From Callorhinchus milii (lineage: Eukaryota): a DNA stretch of 64,000 bases. Within the stretch, counting starts at the first letter, position 1; every line of letters starts with the position of its first letter. The position numbers and the translations under genes are program-made. Positions 25,320 to 38,734 of this stretch are shown here, piece by piece. The notes beneath the pieces are model-generated. The model saw nothing but the letters and a program-made list of their open reading frames with translations. It was not told the origin of the DNA and did no database searches. The stretch covers positions 66,652,001 through 66,716,000 of the forward strand of contig NW_024704743.1 in NCBI RefSeq assembly GCF_018977255.1, read 5' to 3'.

Positions 25320-25600
25320 TGCCCCTCGCCCAGCTCACCCCATCATTGGCTGTAGGGCCTTCAGCCTCTCTGCCCCCACCCTTTGAAATTCCATCCCACA
25401 GTCCCTTCACCTCAACCCCTTCAAGGCCTCTCAAGACTCTCCTCTTCGTCCACATCTTTGATCACCTTCCTACCTCTACCTCCCTGCCCTCCATCCCTCC
25501 TGATCCCAACCTCCAGTCTGGGTCCAAACCCCTGACCCTCCAGCCCTTGGGACGGCCTCCCAACATGAAAGGTGCTATACAAATGTAGTTAGTTGTTTTT
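25320..25600 (+). mobile_element. L2 3' end
   Basis: ccatcattggctgtagggccttcagcctctctgcc...cttgggacggcctcccaacatgaaaggtgctatacaaatg. Confidence 0.8.
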
Positions 25601-27204
25601 GTTGTGGTAGGTCTTAAGTCCTGCCTTTTTGACTGCACTTATGGTCACCTTCCACTCCTCCTCCTTTGCTCAGGATCCATTGTGCAGAGCTCCAAGATGC
25701 TATCCTGCATGAAGAGTGTTAAATAAATGCAAGTTATCGTTAAACTAAGCCCTCATCTTATAATAATAATAAACCTTGCATTTGATATAGTGCCTTTTCA
25801 TGTCTTCGAGACATCTCAAAGCACTTCACAGAATATACCGTAAAGTGAATTGCCTGTATATTTCATGGGCAAAACAATAACAGCATAAGGTGTACAATCT
25901 CTTTGTTCTCTGTGATAAGTTCTATCCTATTCTTGGAATACAATAGTTTATGAAGAATATCCAATCACATTGGTTTATCAGATCCTTGCTGAGACTATCA
26001 TTACATTGTTATTCAAACAAACTGCTGTTTAGAGTGCTACCATTAATGTGATGCTACTAGAAATAATGACAACCTCATATTCTATTGATTTGTTGGACCA
26101 GGGAAATTACTGCTAACAAGAAGAAAACAAGAATAATGATAATCCTCACATTTGATATAGCACTTTATCACATCATCGAAACATCTTAAAAGCACTTCAC
26201 AGGATTTATTATTGAGTGTAGACTGTGTATTGTGTGGTCACACACAATGTCCCACCAACAGTGATGAAGTGAATGACCAATTTTGTTTCATTTGGGGGAT
26301 TGTTGTCCAAGCCGCCTTGAGTTCTTTCTCGTTTCAAATAATGCCACAGGATTTTGTTAATGACACCCTCCACCTTGCCACTCCCTCCTGCTTAAAGACC
26401 TTCCATTTTAATGGTGCTTATGGTCACCAGCCCCCCTCCCTCACTCCCTGGCTCATTGTCAGACTCCTCCACTGTGAAGCGCTCCGGGACACCACCCAAG
26501 ATGAAGGGTGCTATACAGTTGCAATTTGTTGCTGTTGCATGGGCAGACAGGACCTCAGGTTAATGTCTCATCCGAAATATAGCACCTCCAACAAATGTCT
26601 GACTTTCGGCTTGAACCTTCTGATTCAGAGGCAAAAATGCTACCAAATAAGCCAGGGTTCACTCATCCTCTGTTATTTGATGACCATTGCAACTGCTGCT
26701 ATAAGAGAGAGAGAACAAGATGATATGCGCACTAAGCAACTTTCAACTTGGACCCTGTTAACTCCATGCTTTCAACTGGAGAAACTCTGGAATTGGATTG
26801 CACCAAGATATAGGGGTGTGAACCAAGAATTTGGCCGTTGCACAAACAAATGCAGGCACAAAACAATTGGATTCTATAAATCAGAATTCAAGATCACTGG
26901 GGGAAAAAGATCTGGTGACTTCCTATAAATTGAAGGACCTGGCTCGATGGCCGGAATGATTTCCTTCTGTTCCTTGTTTCCTGCATAAAACAAATTGAGA
27001 CGTTTCAATGATATAGGCGCTATATCAATTGTAAATACTATTATTATAGTTTTGGATATTCATGAAAACAGGATACCACCAGCAAGTAGTATTTTGGAAG
27101 CAGAAAAAAATATAGGGACTGCATTAATGGTTTGTACCAATCCATGTATCAATAAAGCATTTACATTTTACTCATATTTATATTATCTCTATTATGTTGT
27201 TAAT

Positions 27205-27380
27205 ATAATAATAATCCTTGCATTTGATATAGCGCTTTTCATGTCTTCTACACATCTCAAAGCGCTTCACAGAATAGACTGTAAAGTGAATTGACTGTAT
27301 ATTTGTAGGTGAAATGCAGCAGCCAATTGCACACAGCAGTGTCCCCACAAACAGTCGTGGATTGAAATGATCAATTTTTT
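27205..27380 (-). mobile_element. SINE 3' half
   Basis: (AAT)n-ccttgcatttgatatagcgc... through the Deu-like core; no tRNA head. Confidence 0.85.
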
Positions 27381-28569
27381 TTTGATAACTAGTTGTTAAC
27401 TAGTAAAGGAAGCAATGTGCCATCAAAACCATTTAAATTGTGTTTTGTGTGTTTGCTTTCACCTTGTTCCTTTCCCACACACATGCTTGAGATCATAGCT
27501 TCTGCTCCACACGTAGGCACTCAACTATCAAGTGCTTCCAACAGTTCTATTCCTGCTGCTTTGGCATGTGGTGATACTCCTTCAGTGTCAACAGTCTTAT
27601 TTTATATTTTAAAAAATCTGTTTTTATGTGTGTGTGCTTTAAAGTTATCCTTCTGAGGGACAGTCAGTTAGGAGTATGGTGAGAGGTATGTTTACGATAA
27701 TGAAACACATGGAAATAGTCTACCACATTCCATGGAGTGCTGTTTCATTGGATTGTATTGGGTGATAGCCAGTCTTCTTTTCCCCCAGGAGTGATTCTGT
27801 TAGGAGGTTTAGGTCTCTTAAAACGTCTTACAAAGATTATCTATGAGGGACCTGAGCTTGTCTTCAGGTGGCTCAGTTGCCAAAGTCACTGAAAGTATGA
27901 ATGTGGTCCAGGAGCGTTGAGTTTGGAGGGTGTAAGACCGCAGTGGGAGATGAGGATATGGATAAATTCTACATATTTACTTGATACCCTGAGAATGAAT
28001 GAGTACGTAATCACAATGTACATGGGCACAACTAGCTGGATGGGGCCGTGTCCATGAAACAAAGGTAAGTAAAGGCAACCTTCACCTTTACAGATGTGTA
28101 ATGTCATTCAGCCATTTTCTGTTTCGGTTTTGGAATCAGCACCATCTTCTATACATTCTGCGGTAAAATTAGCGGTATTTTTGAAATGCAGTTAATTTCA
28201 CCCCTCTGTCTCTGCATTACAACTTTGACTGGGGGTGAATACAACCCTTTGATATGTCTTACCATTTTCATTTCATTTTTCGAAATGCATTTACCAGCCG
28301 GCCCACTTTTAAAATATGGTTTGTATTTGACATTTTACTTAGCTTATTGCTTTGTTAAAATAATGCTAGACTCCACATTCATTTGATAACATTAAACAAC
28401 TTTATTCCAGAGCATTACAATTCTTCATTGTATGGCTTTCAAAAGGGAATGAGATAAATATTTTAAAATGAGTCAACAACAGGGGTATGGTGAAAAGGGC
28501 AGCTAAATGAACTCAAATAATTGCTCTTGGCCTTTTTCTGTGCTGTAAATTTCTATGATTCGATTCTAT

Positions 28570-28760
28570 AGACCTCCTTCAAGACCCATCTCAAGACCTT
28601 CTTCTTTGATTGTGCCTTCGGTCACCCTTCTACCCCTACCTCCCCGCCCTCCACACCTCCTGATCTCAACTACCAGCTCGGGTGCAGATCCCTGACTGTC
28701 CAGCGCTTTGGGACGTCCTCCTGACGTGAAAGGTATTATACAAATGTAATTTGTTGTTGC
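28570..28760 (+). mobile_element. L2 3' end
   Basis: ccttcaagacccatctcaagacc...gcgctttgggacgtcctcctgacgtgaaagg...ttgttgttg. Confidence 0.85.
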
Positions 28761-31352
28761 TGTAATTTGGATTTCCAGTATAAATGTCCTGAGTACAAAT
28801 CACACAAGGCTCTCTCCCCTACAGAGCATTAACATCCGTTGGCTCACGACCTTTTGCTACTACACTAAAGCCCTGGCTAGCCAGACTAATGTGCAGCGAA
28901 ATCCATTCCAGCAAGCTGGAGTTTCCAGCTGAGTGTAATAACAAAGCCGCCACCAGCATTTACAGCATTATGAAAAATGCTGGTAAATGCTGGTACCGGC
29001 ATTGTCAGTGGGCCCATAGAAATTATATTTTTAATTTTTGGGGGTCCCAGTTCGGGTGAGTCAGAATTCTGGATCAGAGATTTACTGTATCATTAAATAC
29101 ACCAGAATCCTGCAAATAACAGTGATAACTTGCACTTATACAGTGCCCTCCACGCAGGGTTGCGTCCCAAAAAAATATTTGTCAAGATGAAATCATTTGG
29201 AGAGATGAAGTGGAGGTGGTTGATTAAGTAGGAAATTTAATAATGTTGGAATCTACTAACAACTGATTTTGCTGTTAGTTTTTTACAATATAAAAGATTA
29301 CATTTAACATCTGGATGATTAATGGAACTTGTACAGCAAATCTCTGTCATTGGGAACTGGATTCTTCCCACTGTGGTCTTGATAACTCTGCAAGCTACTA
29401 CCTTAAATGAGTAGGGTAGTCTAGTTATATAAATGACAGGTTCCTGCTTCACGGAACCATGGCCCAGCATGAGTCAGTGCCTTCAAGAGAGGAGAACATT
29501 GGGAAGGGTGAATTTACAATGAATAGTGTTAAAATGACTCAGTTTCACATAGGAATTAAAATTGCACCCTGAGCCGTCGAGGGAACCTTGGAATAACTTT
29601 GAAGAACTGGATGTGAATTACATGTGGGTTGCAAAATAATTATTTATTTAATAGTCTTTGTACTGTGTATGAAATGCAGGTTTTATTGTACTGTTCCACA
29701 GAACAGAAACACAATAATTCATTATGGTATTGGCTTGCAGAGATATGAAGAGCACATTGGGAAGAATCCAGTCCCCAGTGGCAGAGATTTGTCATCTGAG
29801 TTCCATTGATATCCAAACTTTAACTCTAGATTCAATTTAAGTTAATTAATTTGAATTAAGTTCTTTTGGATATCATGGAAAATCAGCTTCCAAATTAAGA
29901 CTTCATTCAAGGTTGTTTTCCAAAATTCCTCAAGATCTTACTTTTTAAGACAATGGGTTTTAAATTAAGGATATAATAAGTTTCGGAGTCCAGACATACA
30001 TACAAGCAGCTTCCTCCCATCCCCCCAATAATGCTTTTTGAGCAGCAAATAATGCATTTGCTGCAGTGGTTTATTCAGAAAGTTTTCAAGCTTAGGCTGA
30101 GAGCTCTTTATTGAACTCAATTTGGCTCAAATTCATACTCATCCCTGTTGCCCAAAAATACATGTGTCATAAGAGCTATTATGGTCCTCTACAATTTTCC
30201 TTCTTTCTACAATTGTTGATGCTTTCTGAATTTTATCGTTAGCTTTGGTACATCACATAGATCATCTGATTTGCAGCAGACTGATTGAAGAAGCCTATTT
30301 TTACCTGGATATGAAGACAGATTTATCTGGGACTGGCCGGTCCATTCTGTTGTAATATCAGCAGTGATAAAAAAAATTCTTCATTGTAACATCTCTGACA
30401 CTTCTCATGAAACAGGCACATTGTAGGGCTCTTTAATTACCCCCATGAAAACCTTTGTGATCTCTTATCTGACCTGGACTGATTACCACTTTCCTACAGC
30501 AAAAATATAATTTTCCCTTTAATAATAGCACTGCTTTCAGGAGGGGACATGGCTGCTTTTTACAACAGCTTTTTATGGACGTGTCGGAGAGAGATCCGAG
30601 AGGAGCAACAAACATATTTGGGGATTTCGGTTATAAGCAAAACTTGCACAGGTGAACTTTTCTCAGAGATATGAAAATTAAGAGGAGATTCAATCCACAA
30701 ATTTTACCTGGTCTTAGCCTGAAGATCATTGTCTTAAAATCTATGATTGCACAGAATTTTAGAAAATTTGGTCTTAAATTGGAAACTAGTTTCCCACAAT
30801 TTATTTGCAATATGCAATCACTTCAAAAGGGATTGTTTTGGGAGAAGCAGCAGAAGTTTATAATTGAGAAAATTTAATTTAGTAACAATAATAATCCTTG
30901 CATTTGATATAGCGCTTGATTACATCTTCAAGATGCCTCAAAGCACTCCACAAAATATACTGTAAAGTGATTTGACTGTATATTTTGTAGGCAAAATGCA
31001 GTTGATAAAATTGATATATGTAGCATTTTAGAGCAACCAGTATTTGACAAATTCTTCAATACAGGCTTACTTACATTCAAAAATTATTAAAACCTGACAT
31101 AAAAGATAAATAAAATGCAAAATACTGCAGATGCTGGAAGTCTGAAACAAAAACAGAAGTCACTGGGAACACTCAGCAGGTCAGGCAGCATCTATGGATA
31201 AAGGAAAGTGAGTCAACTTTTCGGGTCCACGCCCCTTTGTCAGAACTGGGGCATATTGGGAGGGAGAGGCTTTTAAGGGCTAACAGAGAGGGGGGAGGCA
31301 GAGCAAGGAAGACAAAGGAGAAAATGGGGTAGAGGACAGGGGATGAAGGGTT

Positions 31353-31667
31353 ATAATAATAATAATCCTTGCATTTGATATAGCGCTTTTCACGTCTTCA
31401 AGACTTCTCAAAGCGCTTCACAGAATAGACTGTAAAGTGAATTGACTGTATATTTGTGAGCGAAACACGCAGCTAATTGCGCACAGCAGTGTCCCACAAG
31501 CAGTCGTGGATTGAAAATGACCAATTTATTATTGTTTTAGTTTTTGTAGCGATTATTATTAGGCGAGTGAGGTAAGGAAACTTGCCCAAGGTTTCGCTCT
31601 GCCCGGAATTGAACCCAGGTGTCTTATTTGCAAGGCGAGTGCTCTAACCACTGAGCTACAGGACTCC
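31353..31667 (-). mobile_element. tRNA SINE nested in the Penelope left arm
   Basis: Full head-core-tail structure; tta on both sides. Confidence 0.92.
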
Positions 31668-31799
31668 TTAAAGAGGTGATGAAATTGTTGAAATCAATAT
31701 TGAGGCCAGAGGGCTGTAAGATCCCTGGCAGATAGATGAGGTGCTGTTCCTCGAGCTTGCACTGTGGCTCATTGGAACAGCATAGGAGACCATGGATGG

Positions 31800-32200
31800 A
31801 CAGTTCCCTCCGTGACTCTCTGGTTCATTCCTCAATCGCCATCAACAATTCTTCTCCCCCCATCACCTTCCCATGCCAGCCCAGGAGATGCAATACCTGC
31901 CCTTTCACCTCCTCCCATACCACTGTCCAGGGCCCCAAACACAGATTTCAAGTGAGACAGTGCTTTCCGTGTACTACCACCAATGTAGTTTACTGCATTC
32001 ACTGCTCACATTGTGGTCTCCTCTACATTGGGGAGGTGAAACGCAGATTGGGTCACCAATTAGCCGAACACCTCTGTTCTGTCCACAAGCACAACCCTGA
32101 GCTTCCGGTTTCTTGCCATTCTGCCTCCCACTCGCACTCTGACCTCTCCATCCACTGTTCCAATGAGCCACCTCTGGCCTCAATATTGATTTCAACAATT
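31800..32200 (+). pseudogene. Penelope-type GIY-YIG endonuclease remnant
   Basis: ORF 31736..32350 contains LRDSLVHS..FPC..RRCNTCPF..FPCTTTNVVYCIHCSHCGLLYIGEVKRRLGHQLAEHL (VVY...YIG motif with Cys/His linker). Confidence 0.88.
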
Positions 32201-32521
32201 TCAGACCATAACAGCTCACCTTGCCCCGTCCCCCTCTTCTGTGACCATTACCACATCGTCTTGATCCCAGACACACCTATTCTCCCTCTGGTCTGCCTAT
32301 TTTGTTGCATCTTACCCCCCCAATCCCGCAGCTTTGTTCTGCAATATTAATACCTCTATTCCCCTGTTTTGCTGCAACCCCCCCCCCCCCTTTGTTTTGC
32401 ATCATTAACATCTTTTTAACCTATCATTCCCTGTCCTTTACCCCATGTTCTGCTTTGTCTTCCTTGCCCTGCCTCCCCCACTCTGCTAGCCCTTTAAAGC
32501 CTCTCCCTCCCAACATGCCCC

Positions 32522-32558
32522 AGTTCTGACGAAGGGGCATGGACCCGAAAAGTTGACT
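32522..32558 (+). ncRNA. Minimal type-I hammerhead ribozyme motif in the Penelope pseudo-LTR (partly mutated)
   Basis: AGTT-CTGACGA-A-GGGGC-ATG-GACCC-GAAA-A-GTT-GACT: CUGANGA and GAAA cores, stem II, short stem I (AGUU/GACU). Confidence 0.6.
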
Positions 32559-32689
32559 CACTTTCCTTTCTCCATAGATGCTGCCTGACCTCCTGAGTGT
32601 TCCCAGCGACGTCTGTTTTTGTTATAAAAGATAAAACTGAGCTCAACAATCTGACAAATTCTGGAATTATGTCTATACTGGGACTCCTC

Positions 32690-33060
32690 TTTTGGTTAGT
32701 GAATGTCTAACACATATAGAAACCCATCACCTTGAATAAGAACCTCCAAATCAAACTACTGAGAGCGCCACATACTGTATGTATAGACATTTCCTTATGT
32801 ATGACATGCAAGACACACTCTACATGAAAGGACACCGACTTCTTACTAATCCTGGAGATTTAGGTTAACAAAATGCCAAAAGTTGAGCCTTGGGGATTCC
32901 CATGCATTTGGTATTACTGAATATTGGCAAGGTTCAAGTTATTTGCCCAGTGAGGACCATCCTATCCATTTGGCTTTGGCAGAGTTAACAGGAGCTGAAT
33001 GGAAAGAATCTCAATGCCTTGTGGTTGGTCCACCCCTCTATCTGAGTTGGAAATTTGGTT
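32690..33060 (+). repeat. Unclassified dispersed repeat family, very diverged copy
   Basis: acacatatagaaacccatcacc, gagccttgggga and aggaccatcctatccatttgg occur in the same order as in 42280-42832. Confidence 0.55.
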
Positions 33061-33715
33061 AGGAGCAATAATCACTAAATGTATTACCAGATAAGGTGTA
33101 TATGAAACTGTGAGAAAAATTACTATGAGGGAACTACATGACATGACAGATGATTTAGCAGTTCTTTATGATGTTGATAAACAAAGAGATCTCAGGGTAT
33201 CTTTATACAAAGATTGTTAAAAGTTGGAATGTGGATAGTGAAGGCCATTGGAGCAATGAATATAAATGTAAACATGCTGTTGAATATATACAAGATCTTA
33301 ATTGGGCTGCAATACTGTATGTAGCTCCTGCCACCATATTGCATATCAGAGTTATGGAAGGGTACACCACAGGTTTTCATGGGTGATACTAGGGATAGGG
33401 GTAATAATAATAATAATAATAATAATTGTATTTGGCATTGTACCGTTCATGTCATGAGGATATCTCAAAGTGCTTCACATGATATGATAATAAATAATAA
33501 TCCTTACATTTGATATCGCATCTTATCATGTCTTTGAGACATCTCAAAGCGCTTCACAGAATATACTGTAAAATGGAGTGACTGTTTACTTTGTGAGAAA
33601 ATAGATGTTAAAAGGGTGGGCTTGAAGACTGGAACTGATTCCACCAAAACTAAGGCTTTAAATACCATCTGGTCCGAGCTGCAGAATTGTAGAAAGTCCA
33701 GTCTTAGTTTGGAAG

Positions 33716-33942
33716 CTTAATGCAAAATACTGCAGATGTTGAAAATCTGAAACAAAAAAGAAGTGGCTGGGAACACTCAGCAGGTCAGGCAGCATCTATC
33801 GAAAAAGGTAAGTGAGTCAATGTTTCAGGTCCACGACCCTTCATCAGAACTCGATGAAGGGTCGTGGACCCGAAACGTTGACTCACTTTCTTTTCCCCAT
33901 AAATGCTGCCTGACCTGCTGAGTGTTCCCAGCGACTTTTGTT
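33716..33942. mobile_element. Palindromic Penelope-derived mini-element
   Basis: Near-perfect ~100-bp inverted arms centred near 33849; 12-bp TSD ttagtttggaag (33704-33715, 33943-33954). Confidence 0.88.
33815..33851 (-). ncRNA. Minimal hammerhead ribozyme motif
   Basis: Minus strand AGTT-CTGATGA-A-GGGTC-GTG-GACCT-GAAA-C-ATT-GACT. The plus-strand arm has GGGTC-GTG-GACCC-GAAACGTT-GACT with a damaged CUGA core. Confidence 0.6.
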
Positions 33943-36339
33943 TTAGTTTGGAAGTTAGTTCTTCTAAAAAACTGGAAAAACAGCTAACACCTGAGACTTA
34001 ATTTAAATCCTTTTCACAATTAAATTCTAAAACAGATTAAGTTAAAAGAGATCCAGTAGATGCCTTCAAAATTCTTCAAGGTTTTGAGAGAAAAAGTATT
34101 GAAACTGTTGGTTGGTCAATAAGTAAAAAGGGGCATAATCTGAGCTGCGTCATTGTAAGAGTTATCAACTTATTAGAATGTGTAACACTTTCACACAAGT
34201 TGCTATTGAGGCTGAGATCATAAGAACATGGTTTAGCCAAAGATTGCTTTATTACTTTACACAGAAGGTAATTAATGCCCTGAGTGGGTTACCAGGAGGC
34301 CTGCCTAGGCCAGGATGCTTGATGATATTATGTGAGGATGGTGGGGTGGATATTCTGAAAGGATGAGATCAAATGAAACAAAGGACTTTCTTTGAAGTAG
34401 TACCGCACTTATGATTTTGTGATTTTATAAAGGATAATCTCAAAAGAAAACCACCATTTAAAATTCCCATTTCAACTATATATTCTTATAGAATGAGCCT
34501 GTTTGTTCACAACATATTTCGAGCACCTCTGAAAAATATAAATCACACTTTTTCATCAGAAAGCCATTAAACTCGTAACATTGTTTCAGAAGGCATATGT
34601 TTCCATGTTTAATGCATCATTATTGATTTTACTGCATGGCTAAGGACACTTCAATGGTCTCAGAGTCCGACTGTATAATCGCAATCATAATATTTTACAG
34701 CTTCTACATGTCATGTACTTGATCTGCTTCTGCTCACAGATGAACATTTCCATTATATGTGGCTTAGACACTTTAAATTGTAGTGGCTGTTCCAGAGACT
34801 CAACCAGTAAAAACACGCAGTCAAACCAGAGCTGGCATCAACACTATAGATTTGTTCAGCTTGACTAAAAGTATCATTGGAAATAGGAACACAGATTTCA
34901 TTGGGAACACATTGCATTCCAGATATGAAATTAAAATGTAACTACCAATTTTATTATCTGTTTATCATTGATAAGATCCAATTCTACATAATATCAAATT
35001 GCAAAGTGGGAATGCTTACTGGTTTAATAATACAAATATGTGACTGTGACGAACAATTCTAGGCAAATTAAGTATATGATATTGATGGAATTTATTCTGT
35101 AGTTTGGTAGAGGAACCAGACAGCATTGCAATAAATCACAGCAATTGTCCTCAATCATACAGTCGTTTTCCTTGGGCAAAATGATGTAAACAGTGGATTG
35201 GTGAATGATTATGCCTACATAAAGTATTTCTGCATCAAAATTGGTTATATTCTGTTATAGCATCTCCAACCTTCCAACATTCCCTAAACAATGTATTGTT
35301 TGACTTTACGACTGTATAAATAATTGAAGGTAAATTTCACTGATTATTGTCAGCCCTGTATTGGCTTATTTTTATTCCATGTAATTATATGGTACATGTA
35401 ATGCTATCGTTCAGCCCCTGTTCAGAAATAGCTTCTTCAAAATTCTTGAGTGGTTCATTTGGTGTCATAAAGTGCCTGTCATATTCCGGACTCTTTAGTG
35501 ACATTAAAAATTGATGAATGTTGTGCTCAACTTTGGTGAGACCAATTTGAGATGGCAAATATAAATTGATATACTTCTACCAACCCCACTAGTGCTGGAA
35601 GCAATGTTGCTGTATAAACTAAATAAGAGATTCTCTTTCATAATTTTGCTGTACAGGTGCAAGCGTTTTAGCATATCACAAAGTAATAATTTGGCATTAG
35701 TGAACCTTAGTTAAAGTCATGGGATGCTGACCTTAATAACAAATGGACTGAAGTACCATATTAGAAGGAAGAAACACGATTACAATTGGATAGATCCCTG
35801 ATCAAACATCTCTTGGAGTGTTGTAATCAGTTTGAGTGCTTGCTATAAGAAAAATGTATTAACCTTAGAGGACGTTGAGCGATTTTCACCAGATTAATAC
35901 TTGGGATAAAAAGATTTATTTTTGATGAGAGACTGAATCAATGGGTTATAGTCCCGAAAGCTGAAGAGGTTAAGTGATGAGCTGATTGATTTTCTTTTAA
36001 ATAATGAAGGGAAGTGACAAGCTAGGTTGAAACAATTCTTCTGCAGGTATAGGGATCCAAACAACAACAACAAGATTGCATTTGTATAGCGCCTTTCACG
36101 TCGGGAGGATGTCCCAAGATCCAAGACATATCCTCTTAAAATTATTACTAAACCAGTTGAGAGTAAATCAGAAAACACAGAGGCTTGAAGGGGTATTGGA
36201 ATAAGACAGGGCAGTGGGATTAAATGAACACCCTGCTCTGAAAGGTGGTGCAGACTCAATGGACAAAATAGCCTCCATGTGTTGTAAATTTCTCTGATTC
36301 TATGATTTCATCACACGAGGTTTCTGAGACTTTGAGTGA

Positions 36340-38302
36340 AAACTAGCCTCACAGTTCAACACCAACTGTGGCTTGAGCATCTTCACAACTACTGCTGTTC
36401 CCTGTCACAAGCAAAAACTCAACATCATCCTGGAGGCCAACAATAACTCCAAAATCCTTTTCTCTACCGCCCACCACCTCCTGCGTGCGCCCACTCAAGC
36501 ACCCTCAATCATCATATCTAATGGTAAGTGCAAAGGGGTCATGGACTTCCTTAACTCTGAAATTGACAACATCCCGCTGCTTCATCCCACTGCCCCGTGT
36601 CGCCTACCACCACCTCCATTCCATTTCCCTCACCCACCTCGCCCTCAACTTCTACCATGGCCCCCATTCAACATTCATTTGCCCTCATCTCTCCTTCCTC
36701 ACTCTCATCCACCATCACCACAATGTAACCCAGCACCTATTGCCTCGACCCAATCCCCACCCAACTGCAGATTACTCAGAACCCCCTCCTCTACCCACTG
36801 TTGGCAGACACTATTAACCAGTCTCTCTGCTCAGGATCAGTCCCACTGGCCCTCAAAATCACGGTCTTCACCCCCATCCTTAAAAAAAACTACCCTCGAT
36901 CCCTCCAACTTTGGACACTACTGCCCTATCTCAAACCTGGCCTTCCTTGCCAAATATCTGGAATGCACACCTCTCCCTCCACACCTTACTCGAACCCCTC
37001 CAGTAAAGTTTCCGCCCCGCCCATAGTACAGAGACAGCACTCGTGAAGGTCACAAATGATATCCTCTCTATCTGTGACCAGGGCTCCCTCTGCTTCCTCG
37101 TCCTCCTGGACCTCTCCGCCTCGTTCGACACAGTCGATCACGCCATCCTCCTCCTCCGCTGCTATCTCCATCATCCAGCTTAGTGGGACCGCACTCACTT
37201 GGTTCGAGTCCTACCTTACAAACCGTCAGCACTACATTTCTGCAAATGTTTTTCTTTGCGCTTCCACCCGGTCACCTGTCGGGTACCCCAAGGATCCATC
37301 CTTGGCCCCCTTTTCTTCCTCAACTATATGCTTCCTCTCAATGATGTCATCCACAGACACAGAGTTAACTTCCACATGTATGCGGATGACACTCAACTCT
37401 ACCTTTCCACCTCCAGCTGCGATCCCCAGTCCCCTGATGTTCTGTCAGCTTGTCTGTCAGACATCAGGAGTTGGATGAGCACAAATTTTCTGCAGTGAAA
37501 TGTCAACAAAACGGAAGCCATACTCTTTGCTTTCTGCCGACGTCTCTTGTCCCACAGTTCCAACCTCCTCAACCTACCCAACCTATCCTTAAAACTCTCT
37601 GAACCCGTGCACAACTTAGGCATCAGGTTCGATCCCCAGTTATCCTTCCTCCCCCACATCTGGCCCCTGAGCAGTACCGCTTTCTTCCACCTCCACCACA
37701 TTGCTGTCTCTGACAATACCTCACCTGAAACCCTTGTCCATGCTTTTGTCACCTCTCAGCTGGACTCTGAAGCCTTCCTCACCAGTCTCCCATTCTCCAC
37801 TATTCACAAAATCCAGCTCATTCAAAATTCCGCCGCCCGCATTCTCACCTGCACCAAACTTCGTACCCCGATTACCCCAGTCCTTGCCAAACTCCACTGG
37901 CTCCCTGTTACAGAGCGGATCGACTTCAAGATCCTCACTGTTTAAATCCCTCCATTCCTTGGCACCCCCTATCTTTCTAACCTCCTTTCTCCCCACAGCT
38001 GTACCTGCTGCCTCCGCTGTCCTGCCATGCTGCCTCCTCTGCATCCCCTGAATCCACCTCTCCACCATAGGTGGCCATGCCTTCAGCCACTAGGCCCCGA
38101 AACTTTGGAAATCCCTCCATCAACCCCTCCACCTTGCCCCCCTCCTTCCCCATTGTTAGGTCGCACCTGAACACCTTCCTTTTCGACCACGCCTTCAGTC
38201 ACCTTCCCCTCCCTCTGGCTCATCTCTAACAATACCTCACCCCAAAAGAGACTCCGCCCATCATAGAGGATACTATATAAGTGCAAGTTTGTGTTGTTGT
38301 TG
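36340..38302 (+). mobile_element. L2 LINE, ~2 kb, frameshifted RT
   Basis: [48 protein letters not shown] across the ORFs; ends in (TTG)n. Confidence 0.95.
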
Positions 38303-38734
38303 TTGAGATGTCCTCCCGATGTGAAAGGTGCTATATCAAATATAACATCTATTATTATTATTATAGATTAACAAGTACATGTACGTAAGAATCTTGATAT
38401 CTTGGATTGAGTACAGTGCCTTAAGTTCTGATACTGAGAAAGAAGACCCATGTCAGAAATAATTTCAAGCTTGGCTATTTTTGAATATGACTTCTAGAAT
38501 CCATCAGAAAGCAAGTCCTAACATAAGTCTGCCTTACGTTATGTTCTTGTCAATTGATTGACTGAATGTCTGAATAGATTTAAGGTAACTGAGCTGACAG
38601 CTAGGAGCTGGACTTTAATGAGGGTGAAAGCAAATTGGAAATGATGAAACCAGAAAGCTAGCACAATACAAAACCAATTGGATGAATGTCTACCCAGCGA
38701 CAACCATTAACTTATTCTGGGACAAAGCTTGACT

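Larger units (their letters stand above)
31111..32623 (+). mobile_element. Penelope-like retroelement, 5'-truncated, with an inverted 3' copy on the left
   Basis: GIY-YIG remnant; 31111-31800 is a reverse-complement copy of the 3' region (31681-31711 vs 32171-32202; 31145-31290 vs 32480-32623); 12-bp TSD ataaaagataaa (31099-31110, 32624-32635). Confidence 0.9.

Noticed and set aside
26212..26928. 238-aa plus-strand ORF
   Set aside because: It runs through a patchwork of reverse SINE, L2 tail and CR1-like fragments; no protein motif, so likely a chance open frame.
28952..28994. Imperfect hairpin accagcatttac...gtaaatgctggt
   Set aside because: Short and imperfect; possibly inside a decayed DNA transposon (~28780-29090), but I could not match its ends.
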